From positions 1-64,000 of the IMG/VR virus record IMGVR_UViG_3300008113_000084: a stretch of DNA of 64,000 nt. One strand, 5' to 3'. Of the stretch, positions 1 to 18,907 are shown piece after piece (the stretch's first letter is position 1; each line of letters opens with the position of its first letter). The stretch comes from a virus. Position numbers and translations under genes: made by a program. Below the pieces are notes generated by a model, which had not been told where the DNA came from, did no database searches, and saw nothing but the letters and a program-made list of their open reading frames with translations.

Positions 1-4764
<4,764 letters not shown>

Positions 4765-4776
4765 CTAAAAGCTAGC

Positions 4777-9388
<4,612 letters not shown>

Positions 9389-9456
9389 CTACGCGTCCTC
9401 TAAGAAAACAGCACGGGATAGTGAATCCCGCGCTGTCTCGGGAACAACGAGTTATT

Positions 9457-9744
9457 CTAGAGAATGCCTTGTTCTTTGCCGTAAGACTCAAGGGCTGCCT
9501 GCACAAGAACCAGAGCCTCAGCGAAGTCTGGTCGAGTTGGGATCAGAGCCCAGACGTCAGGAATGAATATGTTCTTGCGACCGCCTGGGTACACGTCCCA
9601 TGTTCCGTCTTCTTTACGGTGACCTGGGAGCAAAAAGGCCTCAGCAGCCAGGGGACGGGTAATGCCGTCACCCTCGAACACTAAGTAAACCTTGGCGGGT
9701 ACGGCAGGAATCTCTACAGGTGTTGTTGCTTCGATGTCAGGCAT
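9457..9744 (-). CDS. Small hypothetical protein, possible fibre accessory
   Basis: AAGGAG SD, 95 aa, directly upstream of the fibre genes. Confidence 0.7.
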   Translation of the reverse strand: MPDIEATTPVEIPAVPAKVYLVFEGDGITRPLAAEAFLLPGHRKEDGTWDVYPGGRKNIFIPDVWALIPTRPDFAEALVLVQAALESYGKEQGIL

Positions 9745-9880
9745 GTCTAGCTCCTTTAAGCTGTTATTTGAATATTACCTAAAAGCTTATTCAGAAGGTA
9801 GTGCAAGTGAGGGCTCAACAGCTATAGGGTAAAGCACAAAAGGATGAGCTATCGCCACAAAAGCCTGCAAAGTCTCAACG

Positions 9881-12800
9881 TTAAGACTGACTTCCTCTGA
9901 CATTGGAATCTCCTTGTTGATTGTTGCCTAAACCAAGAGCGTCGCCGTAACCAAAGTATCTAGCCACTGGCGTAGCCATAGCAGCTGTACCAGCGGCTAA
10001 ACCCAATAGAGGCAGGAAGCTGCCGCCGCTGTCCTCTTCGCCATCTTCCTCATCTTCGTCTCCGCCCGCAAGGCTACTAAACAAGCCTATGGCTCCAAGG
10101 CTTAGCCCACCCAGCGTAAGCGCCTTCTCCCACGGCTGCATGTTGCCCCAAACTTCATTGGTCAGCTTAGACCACATGCCTGGGTTGTTCTCAAGGGCTC
10201 CGTTTGACTGGTTGTTCAGAGACGCCGCAATGTTGCGCCTGCTTTCCGCGTTCAAAACATCAGCAGCTGAGTTGTCCCTAACGTCTTGAGCAGGCACAGG
10301 CTGCAAGGAATTTGGATCGATCTTATAGGCACCCTGGTTTGCTGCCATGTCTACCTGCTTACCCTTGAACAGGTCGTCAATCAGCTGCTTGGCTGCTGCT
10401 GGGTCCTTGGAAAGCTTGAGGTCCAGGTCGGCTTTTGTGATCTTCCCAGACTTCATCAGCGCCAGCATGGCACTGTTGTAGCTGTGTCTGTTGGCTGTTT
10501 CTTGCATGCTTCTAGCTTTAGCTATAGCCTGCTCACCCTCAGGCGTGTTAATGCCTTTCATCCTGTCGCTAATGGCCTTCTGGGCTGCTTGAGCCACAGC
10601 TGGCAGCTCCTGCTCCATCGGCGCGATCACCTTCCTGTACTGGTTGTCCTGGTACTTGGTCAGGAAAGGTACGACTTTCTCAGTTGCCTGCTTGGAGACA
10701 GCCTCGTAGTTCTGAAGCGACTCCATGTAGGCTTTTTCGTTATTAGCTCGAATGTCTTGCTGCTCTTTGGTTAGAGGCTTTCCAGGAGGAAGAGCCGCCT
10801 GCTGCTGCGTCATCGCTTGAAACTTTGCAGCTATCTGCTGGTTGGCTTCGTTCAAACCTTTCGATGTCTGGTTGTAGGCTTCAAGCTCGTCAAGTGAAAC
10901 GCCTAGCTGCTGCGTCACCTGTCCATTGAGCTGCATGCGCGTGGCGTTTCTGGCGACGGGGTCCGCTATGGAGTTGAGCTTGGCAAGTTGTTCCGAGAAA
11001 CCAGCTACCTGTGGGTCGCTTCCAACGATCCTGTCGGCGTTGATCGCTGCCATATGGGCTGGGAACTGGTTCTCCACAGCCTTGAACGAATCGACAGAGA
11101 TCGGCGCGTTGCCGTCGATGACGTTCTCGGGAGACACGTCGTTGGCGCGCAGAAGGGCGTCCTGGATGGGGGCTGGAGACAACGCTTTCTGTCTGTCGAA
11201 GTAAGCCTGTTCTATGTCCTTTTGAGTGCTGTAGGGATTCAGCTCAGCCGCAATGACGTCCCTGTTCTTGTAGATTTCCTTTCCGCCCATGAAGGTCGGT
11301 AGGCCAGAGCCGATCATGTTAGGCGCAGAAGAAGCCAGGCCAGCCAGGCCTCCAGACATAAACGCCTTGGCTGGCTCGTAGATAAGTCCTCTACCGCCGT
11401 AATAGCCGGTGGCCGCTATGTTGGCGATATGGCTGGCGGCATCCTCACCGACGATGGGAGTCAGAGCTTCTCGACCCAGACCTACCTGCGTGTTAAAAGT
11501 GCCGATGCCTTGCGCCAAGCCGCCAGCCAGCTCACCAACAGCCGCTGGAGCCTTGGCCGCTCCCTGAGCAGTAGCTGCCACAGCCCTGTTTCCTAAGTTG
11601 GACCATGTCCTGGTCGCTGGGTTGTTCAGCAGGTTGGCTCTAGTAGCCATATTTCTGGTCAACGCAGCCGTGCCAGCCCTACCAGCTGCTCTCAAGCCAG
11701 CTCCAGCCCCTGCGCCGATCAGCATGCCCGCATTTGAGTTGAGCATGTCCCAACCAGTGCCCGCTATATCGCCAGCGTAGCCCAGGGCACCTCGATTGGC
11801 GTAGTGCTGCTCCAGCTTCTGTATTTCCTTGAGCGCGCTGGTGTCGCCAGAGCGAGCCCGCAGTCTTAGCTCTTCTGGGATAGTGCCAGACAACCTGTTC
11901 AGCGTCGCCTCATCCAAGCCTGTCCAACGCTTGGCCGTGGCGTTTATGTCTCTGGAATATTGCTCGGCTGCCGCCTGCTGAGCGTTGATGTTCTGGAACT
12001 GGCGCTGCCTGGCGTCTGTGTCTAGCGTGGCTTTGACGCGGTTGTCAAAGTAAGCTTGGGCCAGCTGTTTTTGAGGAGTCTGTTCTTTGGAATTAAGGGC
12101 TTCTACCCAGCTAAAAGGAGCCCCTTCGTAAGCCTGTTCCTGGGCAAACTCGTTAAACCTGGACGCGTCCCTGTTCATGACGTCATACATCATTTCGGCA
12201 GACAGAGGTTTGTTGGGATTGCTCAGGACCTGACGGTCGTTGATATCGGCAACGGGTGCGATGGCGTTGAAGCGGTTCAGGTCGGGAATGGATACGCTGT
12301 CAGGGTTTACAAGACGCTGGTTAACACCGTGTCGTGATAGATTGTCCTGTCCTGAAGTGACACCCTGCCGTATTTTACCCTCAGCACTTACGTAGCCAGG
12401 AAGTTGCCTTAGGCTAAATGGGTCTTGAACAGGCTGAGGCTGCGGCGGCTGCGCTTTAATTCTGGCTCGAAGAAAGGTGGGCTCTGGAGTAGGTTGAGGC
12501 GGCGGGGTTGGAGCTGTGGGAGTCTGCGGTTTTTCTGCAAAAGCTTCCTGTATATTCTTTAGATAGTTGGGCGGTGTCTCAGCTAATTTGCGCAGGAAGG
12601 CCATCTTCTGGGGTTGCTGCGGCTGACCTAGCTGCTGAGCCTTCTGCTGCACAGCCTGCTGAGAGTTAGCGCCGTACTGCGGGCTGTTGCCGGTCAGCGG
12701 GTTTTGCTGGACTGGCTTGATACCGAGAGTGGGTCGGTTGGGGTTGATAGCCGAGGGCAGCGGCACCGAGGGTTTGCCAGAAATCCTGTTGCTGAGAAGC

Positions 12801-12970
12801 GCGGCAGCCTTGTCGAGAAGCTCAGCGCTTAAACTGGCTTCTTTCTCTTTGTCGTTTTCTTTCTTCTCTGGCAAAGCTTTCATATCTTTCGTATGGTCTG
12901 CCCACCTCTTGGCCATCTCTGGGTGGTTTGCAAACATCCAGCGCATCTGTGCTTTTGATTTGAATGGCAT
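9881..12970 (-). CDS. Large putative internal virion/ejection protein
   Basis: Starts MPFKSKAQMRWMFANHPEMAKRW (a motif I recognise from phage proteins); Q/A/P-rich, coiled coil, glycine-rich hydrophobic segments. Function inferred. Confidence 0.6.
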   Translation of the reverse strand: MPFKSKAQMRWMFANHPEMAKRWADHTKDMKALPEKKENDKEKEASLSAELLDKAAALLSNRISGKPSVPLPSAINPNRPTLGIKPVQQNPLTGNSPQYGANSQQAVQQKAQQLGQPQQPQKMAFLRKLAETPPNYLKNIQEAFAEKPQTPTAPTPPPQPTPEPTFLRARIKAQPPQPQPVQDPFSLRQLPGYVSAEGKIRQGVTSGQDNLSRHGVNQRLVNPDSVSIPDLNRFNAIAPVADINDRQVLSNPNKPLSAEMMYDVMNRDASRFNEFAQEQAYEGAPFSWVEALNSKEQTPQKQLAQAYFDNRVKATLDTDARQRQFQNINAQQAAAEQYSRDINATAKRWTGLDEATLNRLSGTIPEELRLRARSGDTSALKEIQKLEQHYANRGALGYAGDIAGTGWDMLNSNAGMLIGAGAGAGLRAAGRAGTAALTRNMATRANLLNNPATRTWSNLGNRAVAATAQGAAKAPAAVGELAGGLAQGIGTFNTQVGLGREALTPIVGEDAASHIANIAATGYYGGRGLIYEPAKAFMSGGLAGLASSAPNMIGSGLPTFMGGKEIYKNRDVIAAELNPYSTQKDIEQAYFDRQKALSPAPIQDALLRANDVSPENVIDGNAPISVDSFKAVENQFPAHMAAINADRIVGSDPQVAGFSEQLAKLNSIADPVARNATRMQLNGQVTQQLGVSLDELEAYNQTSKGLNEANQQIAAKFQAMTQQQAALPPGKPLTKEQQDIRANNEKAYMESLQNYEAVSKQATEKVVPFLTKYQDNQYRKVIAPMEQELPAVAQAAQKAISDRMKGINTPEGEQAIAKARSMQETANRHSYNSAMLALMKSGKITKADLDLKLSKDPAAAKQLIDDLFKGKQVDMAANQGAYKIDPNSLQPVPAQDVRDNSAADVLNAESRRNIAASLNNQSNGALENNPGMWSKLTNEVWGNMQPWEKALTLGGLSLGAIGLFSSLAGGDEDEEDGEEDSGGSFLPLLGLAAGTAAMATPVARYFGYGDALGLGNNQQGDSNVRGSQS

Positions 12971-13448
12971 CGCTTTTACCTGTGTAAACAAGGGCCTGCT
13001 TCAAAAAGTTACCAGCGCGCTCAATCACACCTACGCCGTGGTTGCACCTGTGGCAAAGCAGGCCTCTAACCTCGCCAGTAACGTGGCAATGATCAACGAC
13101 CTCTATTTGGTTAGAACAAAGCTTACACTTTCCACCTTGATTATTATACATCTCCATGAACATTTCTTGCGATAGCTTGTACTTCTGCATGCGTCGCCTA
13201 TTCTGATCGTCGGGTACGCAGGTTTTGCACCATATCTGTCTGGCTGACACAGGCTTGAACCACCTGGAACAGTGTTCGCAAGCCTTTTCTCGTTTGTCTG
13301 CTGCGTTTCCCAAAACAGCGCTGATGGCTCTAGACTTGTTTAAACAATCTTCGCTGCCACATGTCTTGCGGACAATTGAAACGCTTCCATCTTTGTTCCT
13401 GACAACTTTGGCAGGCTTGTCGCAAAATAGACATGTTTTTTGGCACAC
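12822..13448 (-). CDS. Endonuclease VII-family (putative homing) endonuclease with N-terminal Cys-rich region
   Basis: QGGKCKLC...VVDHCHVTGEVRGLLCHRCNHGVG signature. Confidence 0.85.
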   Translation of the reverse strand: MCQKTCLFCDKPAKVVRNKDGSVSIVRKTCGSEDCLNKSRAISAVLGNAADKREKACEHCSRWFKPVSARQIWCKTCVPDDQNRRRMQKYKLSQEMFMEMYNNQGGKCKLCSNQIEVVDHCHVTGEVRGLLCHRCNHGVGVIERAGNFLKQALVYTGKSDAIQIKSTDALDVCKPPRDGQEVGRPYERYESFAREERKRQRERSQFKR

Positions 13449-13458
13449 AGTTATAACC

Positions 13459-13824
13459 TCAAGACGACGATCTTCTTCTGAGGCGGGCTTTGGCTCTTTT
13501 TATTAGCAGTCTAAAGTACAATATAGCGTTATCTACATCGTCGTTATATGTGGCGTAATTGTACAGATGACCAATAAAAAAGTGACATCTAGAACAGAGT
13601 ACAACAAGATTCTTTTCTTCAAGCTCAAGTTCTGGGTATTCGTGTACTGGTTTTTTGTGATGTACTTCTAAATCTTTGTCACTACAGCAAACAGAGCATT
13701 TTTTATTTTTTACAAAGTTGTCTCTACAAGACTGCCAGAGAGGATGACGTCTACTTCCTTGTGTTTGAAATGCTTCAGACCGTACAAACAAAGATGTAAA
13801 CCAATAGGTGAGTTTTTTGAGCAT
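13459..13824 (-). CDS. HNH endonuclease
   Basis: CSVC...LEVHH...NLVVLCSRCH. Confidence 0.85.
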   Translation of the reverse strand: MLKKLTYWFTSLFVRSEAFQTQGSRRHPLWQSCRDNFVKNKKCSVCCSDKDLEVHHKKPVHEYPELELEEKNLVVLCSRCHFFIGHLYNYATYNDDVDNAILYFRLLIKRAKARLRRRSSS

Positions 13825-13842
13825 CTCAAAACCTCACCTTTT

Positions 13843-14244
13843 TTAGACTGGGTAAATGCCGCCAATGTCCTTTCTGACAATGTCGTCTTGGTTTACATCA
13901 GAATTCCAATAAGCCTCTATCAAGTCAACACCACTACCGTTTTCAGGAGCGTAAAACCTGTGCCAAACCCTAGGAGGAACTATGAGCCTCTCGCCAACTT
14001 CAAGTATCACTGTGTGCGCTATGTCAGATATGTTTGAAAGCGTAGGCTCGGCTCTGTAGAAATGAATGTAAAGTTCACCTTTCACGGTGTAGAACAAGTT
14101 GTATTTGTTCTGGTGGCAATGACACGACGAATAGCCACCTGGCTCTATAAAAGCGTGATGCAGCTCAAAGTTGGCATTATGAAAAACTGGGAAGTTTGTT
14201 CCCCAAGCTTTCTCCATAGCCTTTATTACGTCTGTGCTGATCAC
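13843..14244 (-). CDS. Cupin-domain protein (sugar isomerase-like)
   Basis: EKAWG, SSCHCHQNK, VPPRVWHRF cupin motifs. Confidence 0.75.
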   Translation of the reverse strand: MISTDVIKAMEKAWGTNFPVFHNANFELHHAFIEPGGYSSCHCHQNKYNLFYTVKGELYIHFYRAEPTLSNISDIAHTVILEVGERLIVPPRVWHRFYAPENGSGVDLIEAYWNSDVNQDDIVRKDIGGIYPV

Positions 14245-14254
14245 GCGCAGGCCC

Positions 14255-14548
14255 TCAGCGCATGTTGTCCTTTATGGAATACTTCAACTGTATATCATAA
14301 TCAGGTTCCGTGTCCTTAAACAATTTGAGATTGATAAGTATTTGTTTTTTACTTGTTCTTGATATGACGTCGTAATGGATGTGGTCTGTTTCCATTAGAG
14401 CAGCTTTTAAGCATTGTTTTAAACAAAGCATAGCCTGCTGATTGTCAAGCTGATGGAAACTAGAGCGGCTGACAAGGGCGTCAACCCTGTCAGCCGCTAC
14501 CATCACAGCGCGCTCGACAATCTCGTCTTTTTGACTTTCTGTCATCAT
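14255..14548 (-). CDS. Hypothetical protein
   Basis: Tiles the operon, GAGG SD. Confidence 0.6.
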   Translation of the reverse strand: MMTESQKDEIVERAVMVAADRVDALVSRSSFHQLDNQQAMLCLKQCLKAALMETDHIHYDVISRTSKKQILINLKLFKDTEPDYDIQLKYSIKDNMR

Positions 14549-14550
14549 GT

Positions 14551-14928
14551 CTACCTCGTGATCGGAACTGAGGTATCAATTTGACGGTAGACGACTGGTC
14601 CACCTTTTTTCTCTGCGTCAGTGATAGTTACAGAGCTTGCTTTATTATTGCTTTTTTCAACAGCGTTAACCAGAACAACTCGGCTATAGTCAGCGAGCTG
14701 CAAGGCCAGGCCGTTGTCCAGGAAAGTCATGGTAACTGGAGGATTCTTTAGCAGTTCCTCCTTGCAAAAAGCCACGAATTCTTGAATGGCTTTAGCCTTC
14801 TGCTTGGCCGACGTGCCTTTCTGGCCAGACATGAATCGAGCCATCATTGAGTCAAAAAGGTCAAGGTCCTCGTTGGTGGTGATGCCGAAGCCCTGCGATT
14901 TCAGAGCCTGCATTTCTTCAGGAGTCAT
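14551..14928 (-). CDS. Hypothetical protein
   Basis: ATGA overlap with kdsB, AAAGGA SD. Confidence 0.7.
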   Translation of the reverse strand: MTPEEMQALKSQGFGITTNEDLDLFDSMMARFMSGQKGTSAKQKAKAIQEFVAFCKEELLKNPPVTMTFLDNGLALQLADYSRVVLVNAVEKSNNKASSVTITDAEKKGGPVVYRQIDTSVPITR

Positions 14929-15653
14929 GGCTGTCCTTTCTCTAGCTGCGCTAGAAACCTGTCGTAATCTTCCCGAGTATCCACTCCAACAGACGAGCTT
15001 ACCGAGCTGATGACGTCTATGGTCAAACCAGAGTCGAGCAGTCGAAGCTGCTCCAGCCTGTTGGTTTTCTCGTTCTCTGATTGCGGCAGAGCTGAAAAAG
15101 CCAACAGGCCTTTCTTGGTATAGCCATAAACACCAACATGTCTTTCCAAGAATAGATCGGCAACACCACTTTGTAAAACTTTCCTGCTGAAAGTAACAGC
15201 GCTCTTTCCAGACGGATCGATGTATACCTTCACTACGTTTTCGTTAGACTCGTCTTCTGGAGCTAGCTGCTCGCATAGCGTCACGTAGTCAGAGTCGTGG
15301 TTTTCCAGGAAGCTAAACAAGTTGTCGATGTTGGCAGGGTCTATAAGCGGCTCGTCCGCCTGGACGTTGACAATGCGCTGGACTCCCAGAGACTGGGCAG
15401 CTTCACAGACCCTGTCCGTGCCGCTCTGGTGCTGTCTTGACGTTAAGACACAGTGCGCACCAAAGCTGCTGCACGCCTCCATCACTTCCTGGGAATCAGT
15501 AGCGATGACGGCGAAGTCTGCGGCTTTGCTTTTGAGTGCCTGCTCGTAAACGTGTTGCAAGAGATACTTTCCGCTCTCTTTCAACAGAACTTTGCCAGGA
15601 AGACGTGTCGAATCCAGACGGGCTGGAATGATGACGACGTTTTCTCCGTTCAT
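14925..15653 (-). CDS. kdsB: 3-deoxy-manno-octulosonate cytidylyltransferase (CMP-Kdo synthetase)
   Basis: IIPARLDSTRLPGKVL, SGTDRV, NVQADEP, HVGVYGY, LEQLRLL, GVDT motifs. Confidence 0.95.
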   Translation of the reverse strand: MNGENVVIIPARLDSTRLPGKVLLKESGKYLLQHVYEQALKSKAADFAVIATDSQEVMEACSSFGAHCVLTSRQHQSGTDRVCEAAQSLGVQRIVNVQADEPLIDPANIDNLFSFLENHDSDYVTLCEQLAPEDESNENVVKVYIDPSGKSAVTFSRKVLQSGVADLFLERHVGVYGYTKKGLLAFSALPQSENEKTNRLEQLRLLDSGLTIDVISSVSSSVGVDTREDYDRFLAQLEKGQP

Positions 15654-16729
15654 GCTTTATCCTTTCCGTATCCAAATTGCTCGAGCGTGCTGCTCCAAAA
15701 CTTGAAAAAACTTTCTTTGTGCTTGGCTAGCAGCTTGTGGCTTGTGTTCTTCAGGCTGTGTACAGACTGAGGATCGTTGTTTATAGCCTTGAACATATCG
15801 ACAATCTTTCTGTGGTTGTGCTCAACGTAGCTGACGCCCAGTTCTGTTTGCTTTGTTTCACATGGAATAAGTATGCCGTTAACCCTGTCTGACACAAGCT
15901 CATTCATGGGTGAGTGGTTATAGGTAATGACAGGGGTACCCATAGTCAAGGCTTCTATACCAACATATCCAAAGCTTTCTAGCTGGGTTGGCCAGAACAC
16001 AGCGTCGCAGAGCGAGTAAGCCAGAGGACCTTCCGACCAACCCGTACTGTCGTCGATCAGACCCAGAGAGTTGCCGCCTGTGAACGTCTTCTCGTGCTTC
16101 TTGATGTTGGCCTTGATCTGGCTAGCCACCTTGGAAGAGTAGAGAAAGTCCACGTCGATGGCTGGGCAGGCTTCCAGGGCCTCGTTCAAGGCGTCAAAAA
16201 GTTTGTTGTAATCCACGCGCTTGATCTGATACCCAGGGCAGGCGGTGATGACGCGCAGCCTATCGCCGTTGACTCTTTCGTTGTTGGTGCAGGGCCAGTT
16301 GCAGTCGAAGTAAACATGGCTGATATTGGGCAGGTTCCAGTAGGTCTTGAAATACTCGGTCTGTACCTTGGACGGGCAAACAAGTAAGTCGCACGGTTTT
16401 ACTGACGCCACCGTTTCTGAGTCAACGCTGTCCCACGTTATCGACGAGATGCAGGAGATACCCCGCTTCTTGACGACTTTCATTTCTTTCGATGTGGGGT
16501 AGCTGAAAAAGATGACCAGCTGACATTCGTCTAGCCAGGAGGAGAAATCAACGTCATTTGACGCCTGGACAAAGTCGTCCCAGTAAGCGTGAAGACTGGC
16601 TCTGGTTGTCTTGGTAGCTTTGTCGAAGAAAAGTATGCCGTAGCCTAAGTCTCTGATTACTTCGGCCGTGCGTAGGGCTGCGTAGGTTGAATCGTGACGG
16701 GTGTAGTTGAGAACTATACCTACGCGCAT
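15650..16729 (-). CDS. GT-B glycosyltransferase (GT4-like)
   Basis: PTQLESFGYVGIEALTMGTPVI E-x7-E motif. Confidence 0.85.
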   Translation of the reverse strand: MRVGIVLNYTRHDSTYAALRTAEVIRDLGYGILFFDKATKTTRASLHAYWDDFVQASNDVDFSSWLDECQLVIFFSYPTSKEMKVVKKRGISCISSITWDSVDSETVASVKPCDLLVCPSKVQTEYFKTYWNLPNISHVYFDCNWPCTNNERVNGDRLRVITACPGYQIKRVDYNKLFDALNEALEACPAIDVDFLYSSKVASQIKANIKKHEKTFTGGNSLGLIDDSTGWSEGPLAYSLCDAVFWPTQLESFGYVGIEALTMGTPVITYNHSPMNELVSDRVNGILIPCETKQTELGVSYVEHNHRKIVDMFKAINNDPQSVHSLKNTSHKLLAKHKESFFKFWSSTLEQFGYGKDKA

Positions 16730-16740
16730 GGCACACCTCG

Positions 16741-17364
16741 TCAGTTATGCACATAAAGGTAACTGTCTACCTTAGCGTGCCTCCCTTCTACTGCTTTATG
16801 AAGCTTGTGTATGAAGCTCCAGTCACCAGCAAACGTGAAGTCAGTCCACTGTACCGACTGCACCAACCCCTTTGAAGCCATCCAACAGCCAACATCAATC
16901 TTACCACGCTTCATCTCTGTCTTCATAGGCTGCCATAACTTATGGCTATGTACCATGTTGCAATAAACAAGGTTAGTGCTATCTTTCTGCATCTGATACA
17001 GCATGCTTTCAAAATAGTTTGGAGTGTACCAACAATCTCCGTTGGTTGTGCAAAGCATGTCGCAGCCGTTATCGATCAGAAACTGAAAGCCTGGGTAGCG
17101 CCTCTCATGTCCAAACTTGTTCTGCCTGGTGGGTGTCTCCTGAAAGACAAAGCGTGGGTCTGACCCCGCCACAGACTTGAAGGCTTGCTTGACCTCCTGG
17201 CTGGCAGGTCCGTCGTGAGACACCAGGATTATGAAGTTCTTCCAGGTCTGCGTTTTCAGGCAAGCCAGCAGGGACTGCAAGCAGTCTGTCTGGTTGTATG
17301 TCGCCACGACCATGCCGACTTTGTGATTGTTGCTGAGACTCTTGAGCTTCCAATAACGCATCAC
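16741..17364 (-). CDS. GT2 glycosyltransferase
   Basis: VVATYNQ, VSHDG, TNGDCWY. Confidence 0.85.
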   Translation of the reverse strand: MMRYWKLKSLSNNHKVGMVVATYNQTDCLQSLLACLKTQTWKNFIILVSHDGPASQEVKQAFKSVAGSDPRFVFQETPTRQNKFGHERRYPGFQFLIDNGCDMLCTTNGDCWYTPNYFESMLYQMQKDSTNLVYCNMVHSHKLWQPMKTEMKRGKIDVGCWMASKGLVQSVQWTDFTFAGDWSFIHKLHKAVEGRHAKVDSYLYVHN

Positions 17365-18143
17365 TTATCCTTCTTAAGCCTGAAAGCGCCCCTGTCCTTA
17401 CCGTTGGGTCGGCGAGTGACACTTCGATAGTGCCACACAAACGAAGAAGGACAGATGGCGATGGTTTTACCCATCTTCAGCCACCTGCCCTCAAGCTCAT
17501 CTTCGTTTTTGGTCATTTTGTGTTTCGGATTGAAAACACACTCTGAGTTAAAAGCACCGCTGAACCAAGTGTCGGTTTTAGCCCCCATGCAGAAGCCGTT
17601 CACTGTCGTGAACCAAAGCTCCTGAGGATACTTGACTTCAACGAACTTTTGAACCGAATCCAGATACTTCAGGTCATCCGTTATCTTGTAGCCCTTCATT
17701 ATCCTGGCTATCTGTTGTTTCGGTTTGTGACCTGGAGCGTTTGTTACGGGACCGACGAGATCGGCGCGACCCTCTAGAAGAGTCCTCGACAGCGTCCTGC
17801 TCCACCCCGCTGGGAACATCACGTCGCTGTTCGTCACCACTGTCAGCGGTATTCCCAGCTCCTTGGCCTTCGACAAGCCCCAGTTCCAGCTTCTGGTCAG
17901 GTTCTTGTCGTTCTTCGGGAAGCGGTGCAGGATCAACCGGTGCTGGGGAAACTTCTGCCAGATGTCCTCCCTCCACTCGGGGCTTGCATCGTCCACCACC
18001 ATCACAAGGCTGTCCGGTGTATTGGCAATCGCTGTCTGCACAGCCTTCAAGGCATACCCCAGATGGTTGTACGTCGGTATAACTATGGCTATCTTCGGTA
18101 CGAAAGTTCTGCGGCTCTGGAGGGACCTCCACGGCTGGAGCAG
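17361..18143 (-). CDS. GT2 glycosyltransferase (start uncertain: CTG at 18143 or frameshift fusion)
   Basis: KIAIVIPTYNH lies in frame upstream of the ORF-track start at 18050; VVDDAS and NSDV motifs. Confidence 0.8.
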   Translation of the reverse strand: MLQPWRSLQSRRTFVPKIAIVIPTYNHLGYALKAVQTAIANTPDSLVMVVDDASPEWREDIWQKFPQHRLILHRFPKNDKNLTRSWNWGLSKAKELGIPLTVVTNSDVMFPAGWSRTLSRTLLEGRADLVGPVTNAPGHKPKQQIARIMKGYKITDDLKYLDSVQKFVEVKYPQELWFTTVNGFCMGAKTDTWFSGAFNSECVFNPKHKMTKNEDELEGRWLKMGKTIAICPSSFVWHYRSVTRRPNGKDRGAFRLKKDK

Positions 18144-18849
18144 GCGTTGACTCCTCCAACACTACAGGATCGGGAGAAGGTGTGGATATAACCTCAACCA
18201 CCTCAGGCACAGACTCGACAGCCTCTGGCTCGACTTCTGACATCGTCACGCGGACGAACTGCACAGACAGGCCGCTCTCGGGATAGTCGTCAACCGGTTC
18301 CAGAACTTCGACGCGCAGGCCGCGTCGGGACTTCAACTCGTTCTCAACCAGGAAGGCACAGCCCTTGGTGAGATCGCCAGGGTAGTAATCATCCAGCAGG
18401 ATTATGGTCTTCTCGTGCGCCAGTTTCAAGGCGTGCTCGAAGTCGGACTGCACCGTGGCCAGAGAGTGACCTCCATCCACGAAAATGATGTCCATCTTAG
18501 GCAGAGTGGGCACAGCTGCTGGCAGCGTCTTTTTAGTATCACCCTTAAACAGCTTGATAATGCGAGCCTTGGTGCGCGTACGCAGGTACTTCATGACCTC
18601 GTCATAGGACTTGGCCAGGGTCTTCTTGCCGACTTCGGCCTCGTTGACCTCTGGGGTCATTTGCTCAAACATGTCGAAGCCGTAATACTCGACGAAAATG
18701 CGGCCGTTGCGAGCGGCCCGCTCAATCATCTGACGGCCGTGGGCTGCATCAAAAACGCCAATTTCCAGAATACGAAGTGGCTTGTGCTTCTTGGAATTGC
18801 CCGAAACTGTATCGACAGATTGGATTAGATGCTGGTACCTAATAGTCAT
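17674..18849 (-). CDS. Class I SAM-dependent methyltransferase with Pro/Glu/Val linker
   Basis: ILEIGVF, IFVDGGHS, LLDDY (Methyltransf_24-like). Confidence 0.85.
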   Translation of the reverse strand: MTIRYQHLIQSVDTVSGNSKKHKPLRILEIGVFDAAHGRQMIERAARNGRIFVEYYGFDMFEQMTPEVNEAEVGKKTLAKSYDEVMKYLRTRTKARIIKLFKGDTKKTLPAAVPTLPKMDIIFVDGGHSLATVQSDFEHALKLAHEKTIILLDDYYPGDLTKGCAFLVENELKSRRGLRVEVLEPVDDYPESGLSVQFVRVTMSEVEPEAVESVPEVVEVISTPSPDPVVLEESTPAPAVEVPPEPQNFRTEDSHSYTDVQPSGVCLEGCADSDCQYTGQPCDGGGRCKPRVEGGHLAEVSPAPVDPAPLPEERQEPDQKLELGLVEGQGAGNTADSGDEQRRDVPSGVEQDAVEDSSRGSRRSRRSRNKRSRSQTETTDSQDNEGLQDNG

Positions 18850-18907
18850 AACTGCCTCCAGTTGAAGATAAATTAATTTACTATCGTGCTTTTATAAACG
18901 CAAGTCC

